DNA from: an uncultured delta proteobacterium
GTDB taxonomy: Bacteria; Desulfobacterota; Desulfomonilia; UBA1062
Assembly (NCBI GenBank): GCA_963798485.1
Contig: CAWCTR010000007.1
Coordinates: 160,001-224,000 of the forward strand
Length of the DNA: 64,000 nucleotides
Direction: 5' to 3'
Under the pieces are notes generated by a model. It was not told where the DNA came from and made no database searches. It was given only the letters and a program-made list of their open reading frames with translations. This document shows positions 30,400-40,157 of this stretch, piece after piece (position 1 is the stretch's first letter; the number at the start of each line of letters is the position of its first letter). Both the position numbers and the translations under genes were made by a program.

Positions 30400-31047
30400 A
30401 TGGAACCTCTAATTGTTTTCGCCGTCTTCGCGGCCCCCTTCGTTTTTCTTTTGCTTGTAAGTATGCCTTTGAGGTCATCTTTGAGATTACGCTTCAAGAA
30501 AAAGGATGGAATTCAAATCCCACCGACCTGTGTCATGACGGGCGAGCCGGCAACGGAATTCCACGCGCTTAGAGGATTCACAGGTAGCCCATGGCACATC
30601 GGAAAGATCGAAATTGGCCTGCCGTTCTCACAACATGGATGGAAGAAGTTTTCTGACGCATATCCATCATCACTCACCTTTTTTAAGGGCGGAATCAACG
30701 TTCTTGTAAAAGTTCCACTGTTTGGGCCATATTTCGCTATCTTCTTCTGGGTCCCATTTGCTGGGTTTCTTGCAGGCCTTTTCGCATTCGTTGAACTCCT
30801 ATCAGGGAAGAAGCAATTGATTGTCCCAATTCGGTTGACGATCAAAAAAGAGCGTATCATAGGAATTCATCTTTACGGTGTCAGTCAGGCGTTCTTGACG
30901 AGTTTTCTCGAAGTCAATGGTGGTACATCTGCCTTCGCAGAACATGAGAAATCCTTGAAACGTTATTCAGTGCTTCGCACGACCATCATTGTCGCAGTTA
31001 TCCTTTATGTGCTTGGCCTTGTCGTATTTCTATTACATGAAATTTGA
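30400..31047 (+). CDS. Integron cassette gene, hypothetical membrane protein
   Basis: ATG 20 nt after the GTTCGCC core with AAAGGA RBS; several hydrophobic segments; followed by attC. Confidence 0.75.
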   Translation: MEPLIVFAVFAAPFVFLLLVSMPLRSSLRLRFKKKDGIQIPPTCVMTGEPATEFHALRGFTGSPWHIGKIEIGLPFSQHGWKKFSDAYPSSLTFFKGGINVLVKVPLFGPYFAIFFWVPFAGFLAGLFAFVELLSGKKQLIVPIRLTIKKERIIGIHLYGVSQAFLTSFLEVNGGTSAFAEHEKSLKRYSVLRTTIIVAVILYVLGLVVFLLHEI

Positions 31048-31070
31048 AGGACAAGATTGGAGAAGATCGA

Positions 31071-31127
31071 GACGAACAAGACACTTCAGCGGATGGCTTA
31101 AAGCCACCGCTGACCTCATCGTTAGCT
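31071..31127 (+). mobile_element. Integron attC site
   Basis: R'' GACGAAC..TCAGCGG-A-TGGCT-TAA-AGCCA-CCGCTGA..R' GTTAGCT; 57 bp with an extrahelical base. Confidence 0.8.
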
Positions 31128-31267
31128 CTTGAATTAAAAATTGGTAAAAATTGGGGTCGGACCAAGCTAGCTATTTGATATCATGTTATTTATCAACAAT
31201 AAGCAGCCCAAATAAGCCTTAAACCCTCCATTTTGACCATGAAATTGTATCTCTAAGCAAGGAAGGC

Positions 31268-31696
31268 ATGCCGAGAGCGAATGGACATTACCTACCAGGT
31301 TATGTGTGGCACATCACACACCGCTGCCATAAGAAAGAATTCCTCTTAAAATTCTCCCATGTCAGGAAAAATTATCTTCAGTGGCTATTCGAGGCGAAGA
31401 AACGATATGGTCTTTCGATATTGAACTACATCATCACGTCGAATCACATTGGCTATTCGAGGCGAAGAAACGATATGGTCTTTCGATATTGAACTACATC
31501 ATCACGTCGAATCACATTCATCTCTTGGTTATTGATACCGGCAAAGACGTTATCCCTAAGAGCCTGCAACTAACCGCGGGAAGAACCGGGCAGGAATACA
31601 ATCAGAGGAAGAAACGTAAGGGGGCTTTCTGGGAAGACCGCTACCATGCCACAATTGTACAGACAAACGAGCACCTGTTGAGATGTATGACGTATA
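31268..31696 (+). pseudogene. REP-associated tyrosine transposase (RAYT, HUH/Y1), disrupted
   Basis: MPRANG..WHITHRCH, SNHIHLL, GAFWEDRY; 68-bp duplication frameshift; cut by IS at Y|IEVN (continues 33062-33089). Confidence 0.85.
31382..31517 (+). repeat. Exact 68-bp tandem duplication
   Basis: TGGCTATTCGAGG..GAATCACAT at 31382 and 31450. Confidence 0.95.
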
Positions 31697-33061
31697 GAAA
31701 CCTTTGCACAACCCGCAGGTGCTTAAACGCAGATCCGGAGCTGATATCTCGTGATAGTAGCAATTAACCAATTGATAATATTGATGATATATGGTAGTCT
31801 TTCCCTAGCAATTAACGAGCAGGGGGAGACGCCATGGGTTTTAAGGAATACGAGAAGAACATGAGCTTCCTGGATATGGAACTGAGCAAGACCTTGGGGA
31901 CATCGAGGACACAGAGGGTTTTGAAGGAGATCCATGATCATATCAGATGGGAATCCATGGAGAGGATACTGCTCGAAGACTACCCTGTGGGGAAGTCTCC
32001 GGTAGGCAATGCAGCCTATCCACCCGTGATGCTTTTGAAGGCACTCCTTCTGCAGAAGTGGTTTGGGATCAGGAGCGATCCGGAGCTGGAGAACCAGATC
32101 AATGACCGGGTATCGTTCAAGGTGTTCATAGGGTTGCCGCTGGGTGATGCTTCACCTGACCACAGTGTAATCAGCCGGTTCCGAGACCGGGTGGGTGCCA
32201 AAGTGATGGAACGTGTCCATGCCAATCTCCTGGGGCAGCTTCAGAAGAAGGGATTCTCCATTGATGCAGGGCTTGCGGTAGATGCGAGACTGGTCCGGTC
32301 GGTATCTTCTCCAATAAGCAAGGACAAGCTTGAAGAGAAGAGACAGGAGCGGGAGCAGAGGAAACAGGATAAATCGAAGGAGCCCATGAAGTTTGGACGG
32401 GACCTTGAGTCTGACTGGACGAAGAGGAAAGAGGTTTCCTTCTATGGGATGAAGGAGCACGCATCAATAGATGTAAAGAGCGGGTTGGTGATGTCCACCC
32501 TGCTATCGAAGGCATCCGAGCATGATACGAACTATTTCCAGTATACAGTGATCAAGGGGATTCACACGAAGAAGCTACCGCCGAAGGTGTATGCGGATAA
32601 GGGTTATCATGGGCAAGCGAACCGTGAGTTTTTGCATATCAACGACATGGCGGACGGGATCATGCGCAAGGATGAGAGGAATGCGGTATTGACAGAGATG
32701 GAGATCGAGCGGAACAAGATGATCTCGAAGGTCAGATACAAGATTGAGCAGTATTTCGGAGTGACAGCGCTCCACCAGGGTGCGGGACAAGCCCGGTTCA
32801 CCACCCTTGTTAAGGAGGGTTGGGATCGGCTCTGTCATGCCATTGCGTTCAACATCAAGAGATCATACCTCGCGGGGGTCAGTAAGACGGTTCCTGTTCC
32901 TGCAACCTAGGGACAGGTGTGTCCAGAGGATGAGAACTGCCACAGGGCAGAGGGCAAAAGGGGAAGATCAGGCACCAGAGACAGTTCAGATTCATGGATT
33001 TTGAATGAAAAATGAACCGAAAATATTTGATCCAAACCTAAACTTTGAATATGCAAAGGTC
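31697..33061 (+). mobile_element. IS5-family insertion sequence
   Basis: Terminal IRs GAAACCTTTGCA/TGCAAAGGTC flanked by TA; removal restores the RAYT reading frame. Confidence 0.85.
31834..32910 (+). CDS. IS5-family DDE transposase
   Basis: LLLQKWFG..SDPELE, PDHSVISRFR, VDAR, YADKGY, RYKIEQYFG. Confidence 0.93.
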   Translation: MGFKEYEKNMSFLDMELSKTLGTSRTQRVLKEIHDHIRWESMERILLEDYPVGKSPVGNAAYPPVMLLKALLLQKWFGIRSDPELENQINDRVSFKVFIGLPLGDASPDHSVISRFRDRVGAKVMERVHANLLGQLQKKGFSIDAGLAVDARLVRSVSSPISKDKLEEKRQEREQRKQDKSKEPMKFGRDLESDWTKRKEVSFYGMKEHASIDVKSGLVMSTLLSKASEHDTNYFQYTVIKGIHTKKLPPKVYADKGYHGQANREFLHINDMADGIMRKDERNAVLTEMEIERNKMISKVRYKIEQYFGVTALHQGAGQARFTTLVKEGWDRLCHAIAFNIKRSYLAGVSKTVPVPAT

Positions 33062-33090
33062 TATTGAAGTGAATTTTCTCAGGGTTTAAT

Positions 33091-33148
33091 GCCCAATAAT
33101 CATATCCGGCGAAACGGCTTAAGCCGCCAGCGATGCCTGGCGTTAGAC
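33091..33148 (+). mobile_element. Degenerate integron attC site
   Basis: GCCCAAT-AATCA..CGGCTTAAGCCG..GATGCCTGGC-GTTAGAC; 58 bp. Confidence 0.6.
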
Positions 33149-33189
33149 AGCAGATGGTTGGGCCGATCTGAGCTGGCAGGAAGAGATCT

Positions 33190-34102
33190 GTGAACGAGTT
33201 CATCGCAAGCAGCACGGCACTCGCTACCTCGCATGCGAGCGGTTCATACTCGCCTCGATCCGGATCCGCTTATCGATGATCCCTGGGGGGAGCGTATCGT
33301 ACCGGAATGGTTCCGGGAGGCGTTTCGCCAACTGGTGCTTGCCGAAATGGATTCGGATGCGCGTGCCAAAGCGCCGGCCTCGCCTGACTCGATTCTCGAT
33401 GCTGCCCTGCGCGCCAATCCAGCATACGCGGGCGTCATCATCCGGGCGCGCTACACGGAAGATGCCCTGAGAGCGGCAGTGGAGAACGGTATCCGCCAGT
33501 ATGTCATTATCGGCGCCGGATTCGACAGTTTCGCACTTCGTGGTCCCGCCTTTGCCCGAGAAGTAGATGTCTATGAAATCGACCATCCCGCAACACAGGG
33601 AATGAAATGTCAGCGACTGCGGGAATGCGGCCTCTCTCTCCCAGGATCGGTCCACTTCATCGAAGCTGACCTTGCCGAGGAAGAACTCGGAACAGCATTG
33701 GCCCGGTCGTCCTTTCGGTCGAATCATAGAGCCTTCTTCTCCTGGCTCGGCGTAACGGTGTACCTCACACGCGAGGCGAATCTTGCAACCCTGCGCGCAA
33801 TCGCTACATGCGGAACTCCGGGAAGCGAACTGGTCTTCACATACATTGATGAACGCGAGTTCAATTCGGATTCCGACACGGGATCGTTTCGCGAGGTTCA
33901 GACAGCTACAGCGTCCGTGGGTGAACGATGGGTATCGGGATTCGATCCGACAAAGATCGCCGAGGACCTGCGACGGGCCGGCCTCATACTGGTGGAGGAT
34001 CTGGAGGGAAATCAAATGGCAGAGCGCTATGGTAGAACCGGTGAGAATAGCTTGCGGCCTGCGGCTACGGCGCACATCGCTCGTGTGCGCATCCCCGGTT
34101 AA
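33190..34102 (+). CDS. SAM-dependent methyltransferase (TIGR00027/LCM-like) cassette gene with N-terminal frameshift
   Basis: QYVIIGAGFDS, YEIDHPATQ, SWLGVTVYL; GTG 33190 gives MNEFIASSTALATS, one base out of frame with MRAVH at 33233. Confidence 0.85.
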
Positions 34103-34419
34103 TTCAAGTTACGCGCCGTCTGAAAATCCGGGGACATCATGCGGGGTCAATAAAACCCTGGATATGAGACGGTCGTTCGAATCGGCCGCATGCATCGACG
34201 TAGAGACAGTTACGGTTGAACAGATGAATTCCATCATTTCCGAGGCCCTCATCGACGGCAGGGGGATCTTCATGGATATGCTTCAGGAGGAGCTGGGAAA
34301 ACGGCTCATCCATGTCCCCTTTACGGCGCATGACCTGATTGCCGAGATACAGGGAATACAATCGAGTGCGGCGATACCGTTGTCCTGAACGAGGGAGTTT
34401 CTCTCACATCTTGAAAAGA

Positions 34420-34448
34420 CTGGATTCGAAGCTTCCGCGGGAATGACA
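34420..34448. repeat. Half REP-like element (CTGGATTCCCGC..GCGGGAATGAC type)
   Basis: CTGGATTCGAAGCTTCCGCGGGAATGACA. Confidence 0.5.
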
Positions 34449-34732
34449 ATCTCGGACTTTTGCAATTGGCTCAAACGAATGGCAGGTATTATCAAACGGA
34501 TTTCACAATTCTTATAAAACTGGCGCCGGGTATTCGGCAGTCGGTAAAGGAAGGCATATCATAAGCCAAATACCCGGCACCCGGGGCCGAGAAGGAAAAT
34601 AGGCCTCAATAGTATTTCATGTCCGGCGGGTTACTCATCGCTTCACCCGCCCTGTATCCAAGAGAATCAGGGTCAGAATCCACCCCATGCATTTGGATTC
34701 TGACCTTTGAACCCCGAGAGCTGTCCCCTTTT

Positions 34733-35992
34733 TTACTCGTAAACCTTTTCATCCTCCGCATCGGCGTTTACCGCGTCGGCTTCAACGTCTCGCACGTCCT
34801 CTTTAACAATCGACTTGAAGTATTCCTTGTACCACTCGTTCTGGATGATGAGCTGCATGATCTCGTTAGAGCCCACCCAGATCATGGAGAGTCTGATGTC
34901 GCGCACGATCCTCTCCAGCGGGTAGACATTGGTGTAGCCGATGCCGCCGACCGTCTGCATACACTTGTTGGCGATCTCCCAGGCCGCCTCTGTCACGAAT
35001 TTCTTGGCCTCGGAGACCAGACGCCGCACCCGGTTCGGGTGGACCTTGCCCGAATCCACTGCCAGGCAGGTGGAATAGACGAGCGAACGGGCTGCATCCA
35101 GCATCATGACGGAATCCGCCACCTTGAAGCCTACGGCCTCGAACATCTGTATGGGCAGCCCGAAGGCCTTGCGCTTGCTCGTATAACGCGTGGCGATCTC
35201 TATGGCCGGCCGAACCGAGCCGAGCGTCATGGCCGCAGTGCCGAGCCGCTCCGGGATCATCATGCGCACGAACACATCGAAACCTCCGTTGATGCCGTTC
35301 AACGCATAGCGCTCGGGTACGCGCACGTCCTTCAGCACGAGCCTGCCTGCACCGCCTCCCCGCACGCCCATGAGCCCATATAGGTATTTGCTCTCAACAC
35401 CTTGTGTCCTCGGCACCATGAAGGCGGTCATGCGCTTGTGCGGCGGTGCATCCGGGTCGGTGGCCGCATAGACCAGAAACCAGTCGGCACCCTCTGCGCC
35501 CACGATAAAGCGCTTCTGGCCGTTTATGATCCAGTCGCTGCCGTCTTTCTTGGCTATTGTGGTGGCGCCGAAAAAGTCTGACCCGCCTCTTGGCTCGGTG
35601 AGCCCTTCCGCTGCAAAGGTCTCCCCCTTGAGCAATGGCACCACTATCGCCTGTTTCAGCTCGTCATTGCCGAAGAGCGTGATGGCCTCGCACACGATGT
35701 CCGCGCCCACACCCCACAGGCACGCGAGCGAGTAACTGGCAACACCCACTTCCTCGGCCACGATGGAGTCATCAACCCAGCTTAAGCCCCTGCCGCCGAG
35801 CTCTTTAGGGAGCCTGATGCCTAAGAGGTTCCTGCGCCCTGCCTCCTGCAGGTATTCGTGCGGGAACTGGATCTTCTCGGCATCCATGTCGAGGATGAGC
35901 TGCTTGGGGACCCATTTGGTGAATGCCCGGGCCTCGTCGCGCAGTTTTTTCTGTGCATCGGTCATGATATAGTCGAACATGGTTCTCTTCAC
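34733..35992 (-). CDS. Acyl-CoA dehydrogenase
   Basis: LTEPRGGSDF, NGQKRFI, IPERLG, VGGIGY. Confidence 0.93.
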   Translation of the reverse strand: MKRTMFDYIMTDAQKKLRDEARAFTKWVPKQLILDMDAEKIQFPHEYLQEAGRRNLLGIRLPKELGGRGLSWVDDSIVAEEVGVASYSLACLWGVGADIVCEAITLFGNDELKQAIVVPLLKGETFAAEGLTEPRGGSDFFGATTIAKKDGSDWIINGQKRFIVGAEGADWFLVYAATDPDAPPHKRMTAFMVPRTQGVESKYLYGLMGVRGGGAGRLVLKDVRVPERYALNGINGGFDVFVRMMIPERLGTAAMTLGSVRPAIEIATRYTSKRKAFGLPIQMFEAVGFKVADSVMMLDAARSLVYSTCLAVDSGKVHPNRVRRLVSEAKKFVTEAAWEIANKCMQTVGGIGYTNVYPLERIVRDIRLSMIWVGSNEIMQLIIQNEWYKEYFKSIVKEDVRDVEADAVNADAEDEKVYE

Positions 35993-36127
35993 CCCGTATA
36001 ACGAATTGTTGTTTTATTATCCATTTTTGTTATATTTCTGTCAAGGCTTCCCTGCAGACCCCAAAATGGGCTTGCCTTTTAACGACCGGGGAACCTACAT
36101 GGAACTCAACCCTTTGGAGATGCGGCC

Positions 36128-36475
36128 ATGGGATTTAAAGAAATCGGAAGAAAGATTCAGCAGGCGCGTGAGGCAAGAGACTTGACCCAGGTGGAACTCG
36201 CACAGACACTGGGCATCACCCAGGCCGCCCTATCCAACTATGAGCTGGGAAAGCGCCGGCTCTACCTCCACCAAATCGAAGAGATCGCCCGGCTTCTGAA
36301 CAAGGACCTGGAATACTTCATCGGCACCAATAATGAGGTCGTCCCTGAGCGCCCTCTTGACGCATCCTCGCTTCAGGATCGGATCATCCCCTGCATAAAG
36401 GCTATGGACGAAGGCGATCTCCGTGCCCTGACCCTATACCTCGACTTCCTGACATGGAGGAAAAAACATGGGTGA
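36128..36475 (+). CDS. XRE-family HTH regulator
   Basis: LTQVELAQTLGITQAALSNYELGKR. Confidence 0.9.
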   Translation: MGFKEIGRKIQQAREARDLTQVELAQTLGITQAALSNYELGKRRLYLHQIEEIARLLNKDLEYFIGTNNEVVPERPLDASSLQDRIIPCIKAMDEGDLRALTLYLDFLTWRKKHG

Positions 36476-37592
36476 GCTAACCCCCAAACAGTACAAACTC
36501 ATTGAACAGGCCCGTGCATTTGCCCGGGAATTGACTTACCATTTGGACGAAGAGGCCGGGAAGATAGAGCAGGCCCGCAGGCTCTTTTCCGCCTTTGCCG
36601 AGAAGGGCTACCATGCCCTTCTGATCCCCAAAAAGTATGGCGGCAAGGGACTTGATTATCTGAGCACCGGGATGATCTATGAGACCTTGGGCTGTGAGAT
36701 CCCGGGCACCCTTTCCGGCCCACTGTCTTCGGTGCATTGCGCATTAATGATCGAAAGCGCCTGTCAGAATGCCTTTCATGAGCAGTGTCTGAGGGACATT
36801 GCCAAGGATTATGCCCCGCCGGGGTTCTGCCTGACCGAGGAGGCCGCAGGCTCCGACATTACCGCCATAAGCACTACGGCCATCAGGCAAGGTGATGGAT
36901 ATGTTGTTAACGGCACCAAGAGCATTGTTATCAACCATGCCATCGCGCGTATCTTCATCGTCTTTGCCACTTATCCGACAGGATCGGGCCGGGCTGCGTT
37001 GAATGCCTTTGTCGTGGGCGCGGACCTTCCTGGAATCACCTTAAGCGAGCCGTATGATACGTTAGGGTATGCGAGCGGGGTAATGGGGAGCGTATCCTTT
37101 AACAATGCTCGCATTCATAAAGATTGCCTCTTGGGCGAACAAGGCAGCGGCTATCTCCTCTTCATAGAAACCCTGGACAAGGGCAGGCCGCTGGTAGCTG
37201 CCTGCTGTGTAGGCGAGACCAGCCGTGCCCTTGATCTGATCATCCGCTATTCAAAGGACCGTATCCAGTTCGGCAAGCCCTTGAGCACCTTCCAGGGTGT
37301 CACCTTCACCTTGGCCGACCTTGCCACAAGGGCGCATGCGGCGAGGCTCATCTGCCGGGATGCCCTGGAGCGCATCGATGCGGGCAAGCCTTTCACCATG
37401 GAGGCATCCATGGCCAAGCTCTTTGCCTCTGAGGTTCTCTTCGATTGCGCATCCTTCGGCATGGATATCCTCGGACACAAGACCATCACCGCAAAAAGCG
37501 AGATCACCCGGATCTACCACGACGCCAGGCTCATGAAGGCCATCGACGGGACAGCGAACGTCCAGAGAATGATCATCGCCTCCCAGTTGTGA
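36468..37592 (+). CDS. Divergent acyl-CoA dehydrogenase-family protein
   Basis: FCLTEEAAGSD, NGTK, RIQFGKPL, ASMAKLFA, AIDGT. Confidence 0.85.
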   Translation: MGELTPKQYKLIEQARAFARELTYHLDEEAGKIEQARRLFSAFAEKGYHALLIPKKYGGKGLDYLSTGMIYETLGCEIPGTLSGPLSSVHCALMIESACQNAFHEQCLRDIAKDYAPPGFCLTEEAAGSDITAISTTAIRQGDGYVVNGTKSIVINHAIARIFIVFATYPTGSGRAALNAFVVGADLPGITLSEPYDTLGYASGVMGSVSFNNARIHKDCLLGEQGSGYLLFIETLDKGRPLVAACCVGETSRALDLIIRYSKDRIQFGKPLSTFQGVTFTLADLATRAHAARLICRDALERIDAGKPFTMEASMAKLFASEVLFDCASFGMDILGHKTITAKSEITRIYHDARLMKAIDGTANVQRMIIASQL

Positions 37593-37683
37593 TCGGGTGC
37601 ATGAAGTGAACCTTTTAGATGGATATCAAAAAACTCAAAGGATGGACAGTCACTCGAAATGCCTATTCTTTATAGAGGCTTTT

Positions 37684-37714
37684 GATACCCTTTAGCTTGC
37701 TGCGGGGTAGTTCA
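37684..37714. mobile_element. IS200/IS605-like hairpin end remnant
   Basis: GATACCC-TTTAGCTTGCTGCG-GGGTAGTTCA. Confidence 0.4.
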
Positions 37715-37748
37715 GTTCAATGAAATAATTTGAACTTCCAGGCATGCA

Positions 37749-38108
37749 TCAAGCCTTTTTCTTGGCCGCCTTCTTTTTCTTTGAAGGAGCCCGGTACGCC
37801 GCTGCGAGCGCATTCCTTGCCCATGCTGCGAGATCGTCACTGTCCTCCAGAACGTCAATGGGTACTTCATAGTAACTCATGACATATGATGTGTCGTCAA
37901 AAGGCCGGAAGGGTTCCATTCCGGCCTCTTCAAAATCGGACCGGTTCGTTTCATCCACCTTGAAGTACAGCGTATCATAGGCAATAAGGGCGAAGATGGT
38001 GCCGTCCAGGTAGAGGCCCGCCCCGCCGAACATCTTGCGGGAGGTGACCACCCCCAGGCCTCTCAACTGGTCGAGGACATAGCGCAGGAACTCATTATTC
38101 ACTGACAT
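37749..38108 (-). CDS. TfoX/Sxy N-terminal domain protein
   Basis: RKMFGGAGLY..FALI..LYFKVD..MSYYEVP. Confidence 0.9.
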   Translation of the reverse strand: MSVNNEFLRYVLDQLRGLGVVTSRKMFGGAGLYLDGTIFALIAYDTLYFKVDETNRSDFEEAGMEPFRPFDDTSYVMSYYEVPIDVLEDSDDLAAWARNALAAAYRAPSKKKKAAKKKA

Positions 38109-38157
38109 GGATGTCTCCTGTATCAAAAACTTCATTCCTTTGCAGAATAACTACACC

Positions 38158-40092
38158 CTAAACAAGCGAGAAATCGAGCTGGCCGTTGGTCCTGTCCGCC
38201 CGAATGAGCCTTACCTGAACGATCTGCCCTATGGTCTGCCGCACTGACTGCGACCGCCTGCCCCTTCGTGAAGGCTCGCCTTGAAAGCTATCATTCCTCA
38301 CCAGCCCGTCCACGGGCGGATCAATGACCTCGATGAACATGCCGTAGGGCATGATGCTCGTGATCACTGCATCGAACTCATCGCCGAGGCGCGACGCCAT
38401 AAAGGCCGCAGCCTTGATCTTGAGCGCCTCCATCATTGCATCATCCGTGATCTTCTCCCGCTCGGTCACCTCCGGTGCCACCTTCTTGAGCTGTTTTAGG
38501 GTATGGTCCTGCTCCTTCCTGGTCATGCCCCTGGGGTCCAGCGCAGCCTTGACGAGCCGGTGTATCACCAGGTCCGGGTATCTCCTGATGGGTGAGGTAA
38601 AATGGAGGTAGCCCGTGCAGGCCAGCCCGAAATGGCCGAGGTCTTCGGGAGAATACTGGGCCCTTCTCAGCGACCTCAGGATGTTGGTGTTCACAAAACC
38701 CTCCAGGTCTTTCCCCTTGTAGGAATCGGAAATGGCCTGGAGCACCGTCGAGACACCCTGTGATGAAGTAGCCGCCTTCTTGAGCCGCGACAAGAGTGCG
38801 GATGAGAACCCTATCTCGCCTAAGGTCTCCACGAGTTCGAGGAGGTCTTCGGTCTTTGGAGGCTCGTGCACACGGAACAGCACGGGCATGCGGCGTTCCA
38901 GTAAAAACGTGCATACCGTCTGGTTCGCTAATAGCATGGCCTCCTCGATGAGCCTTTCTGCCGGTCCGTTCCTGGACCTCTTGATACCCTCCACCTTTCC
39001 TGTGCTGTCGGTCGTCATCTCCACCTTGGACATGTCAAAGTCCAGGCCGCCCCGCTTTCTTCTACGGTCCCGCAAGTGTATTGAGAGCTTATGGAGTTCG
39101 CCGAGCCGCCAGGCGATCTCGTCATCAAAGCCCTTTTCAGAGGCATTTCCCTCCAGGAACAGCCCCACCTCATCATAGGTGAGCCTTGCTCGGGACCTTA
39201 TGACCGCTTCGAATACCTTATGAGAGACCACCTTGCCCCTGGGGCCCATCACGATCTCAACAGCCATGGCAAGCCTTTCCTTACCGGGCTTGAGGCTCAT
39301 CACATCATTGCAGAGCACCTCTGGAAGCATGGGGATGGCGACCTCCGGGAAGTAGACACTAAACGATCTGGCCCTGGCCTCCATGTCGAGAGCCGTGCCC
39401 GGCCTCACTGCATGGGCAACATCTGCTATGGCGACAGTAAGCAGCCTTGTCCCGTCTTCAAGCCGCTCGATACCCACGGCATCATCGAAGTCGCGGGCAT
39501 TGACGCCGTCGATGGTGAAGAGCACCCGGTCCCTGAGATCAGTTCGCAGCGATTGTTCTTTGTGCATATCGATACTGCCGGCCCGCGCGGCCTCGCCTTC
39601 CACCTCCTCGGGGAAACCCCAGGAAAGGCCGTATTTGACAGTCACCATCCTCAGGTCATCACCCACACCCTCGGGGATGGATAGTGACCTGTCCACCTTG
39701 GCCTCCAGGGTGCCCACCTTCCTGATGCCCTTGGAGGGGACGATTACAACCGTGACCATATCGCCGCTTCGTGCATCGCCCTCGGAGCCGAGCGGGATGA
39801 TTATGGTGTAAGGCATCGGCCTTGCAGGCTCCAGGACACCGAACTTGCGCAGCCTCACATACCTTCCGCTTATGGTGCGCCTGGATTGATTGATGATGGA
39901 TACGACCTTTCCCCTTAAGCCCTTGCGGTCGCGCCATGCGCTCACCTCTACAAGGTCTCCGTCAAGGGCGCCGTTCATGGCCTCAGGCGGAATGAAGACC
40001 CCGTCATCCAACCCCTTGGCATCCACAAAGGCGTATCCTTTGGGGTTCCATGTCAGTTTCCCGGTAATACCTTTTTTCGTTCTCTTATCCAT
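38158..40092 (-). CDS. rnr: Ribonuclease R (RNB family)
   Basis: FTIDG..ARDFDDA, IEEAMLLAN, HFTSPIRRYPDL, C-terminal S1. Confidence 0.88.
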   Translation of the reverse strand: MDKRTKKGITGKLTWNPKGYAFVDAKGLDDGVFIPPEAMNGALDGDLVEVSAWRDRKGLRGKVVSIINQSRRTISGRYVRLRKFGVLEPARPMPYTIIIPLGSEGDARSGDMVTVVIVPSKGIRKVGTLEAKVDRSLSIPEGVGDDLRMVTVKYGLSWGFPEEVEGEAARAGSIDMHKEQSLRTDLRDRVLFTIDGVNARDFDDAVGIERLEDGTRLLTVAIADVAHAVRPGTALDMEARARSFSVYFPEVAIPMLPEVLCNDVMSLKPGKERLAMAVEIVMGPRGKVVSHKVFEAVIRSRARLTYDEVGLFLEGNASEKGFDDEIAWRLGELHKLSIHLRDRRRKRGGLDFDMSKVEMTTDSTGKVEGIKRSRNGPAERLIEEAMLLANQTVCTFLLERRMPVLFRVHEPPKTEDLLELVETLGEIGFSSALLSRLKKAATSSQGVSTVLQAISDSYKGKDLEGFVNTNILRSLRRAQYSPEDLGHFGLACTGYLHFTSPIRRYPDLVIHRLVKAALDPRGMTRKEQDHTLKQLKKVAPEVTEREKITDDAMMEALKIKAAAFMASRLGDEFDAVITSIMPYGMFIEVIDPPVDGLVRNDSFQGEPSRRGRRSQSVRQTIGQIVQVRLIRADRTNGQLDFSLV

Positions 40093-40157
40093 AGGGTAAA
40101 ATCCTACCATTGCGCATCCAGGCATGCAATGATAGAGCGTTAAAAGAGCCTTAAAAC

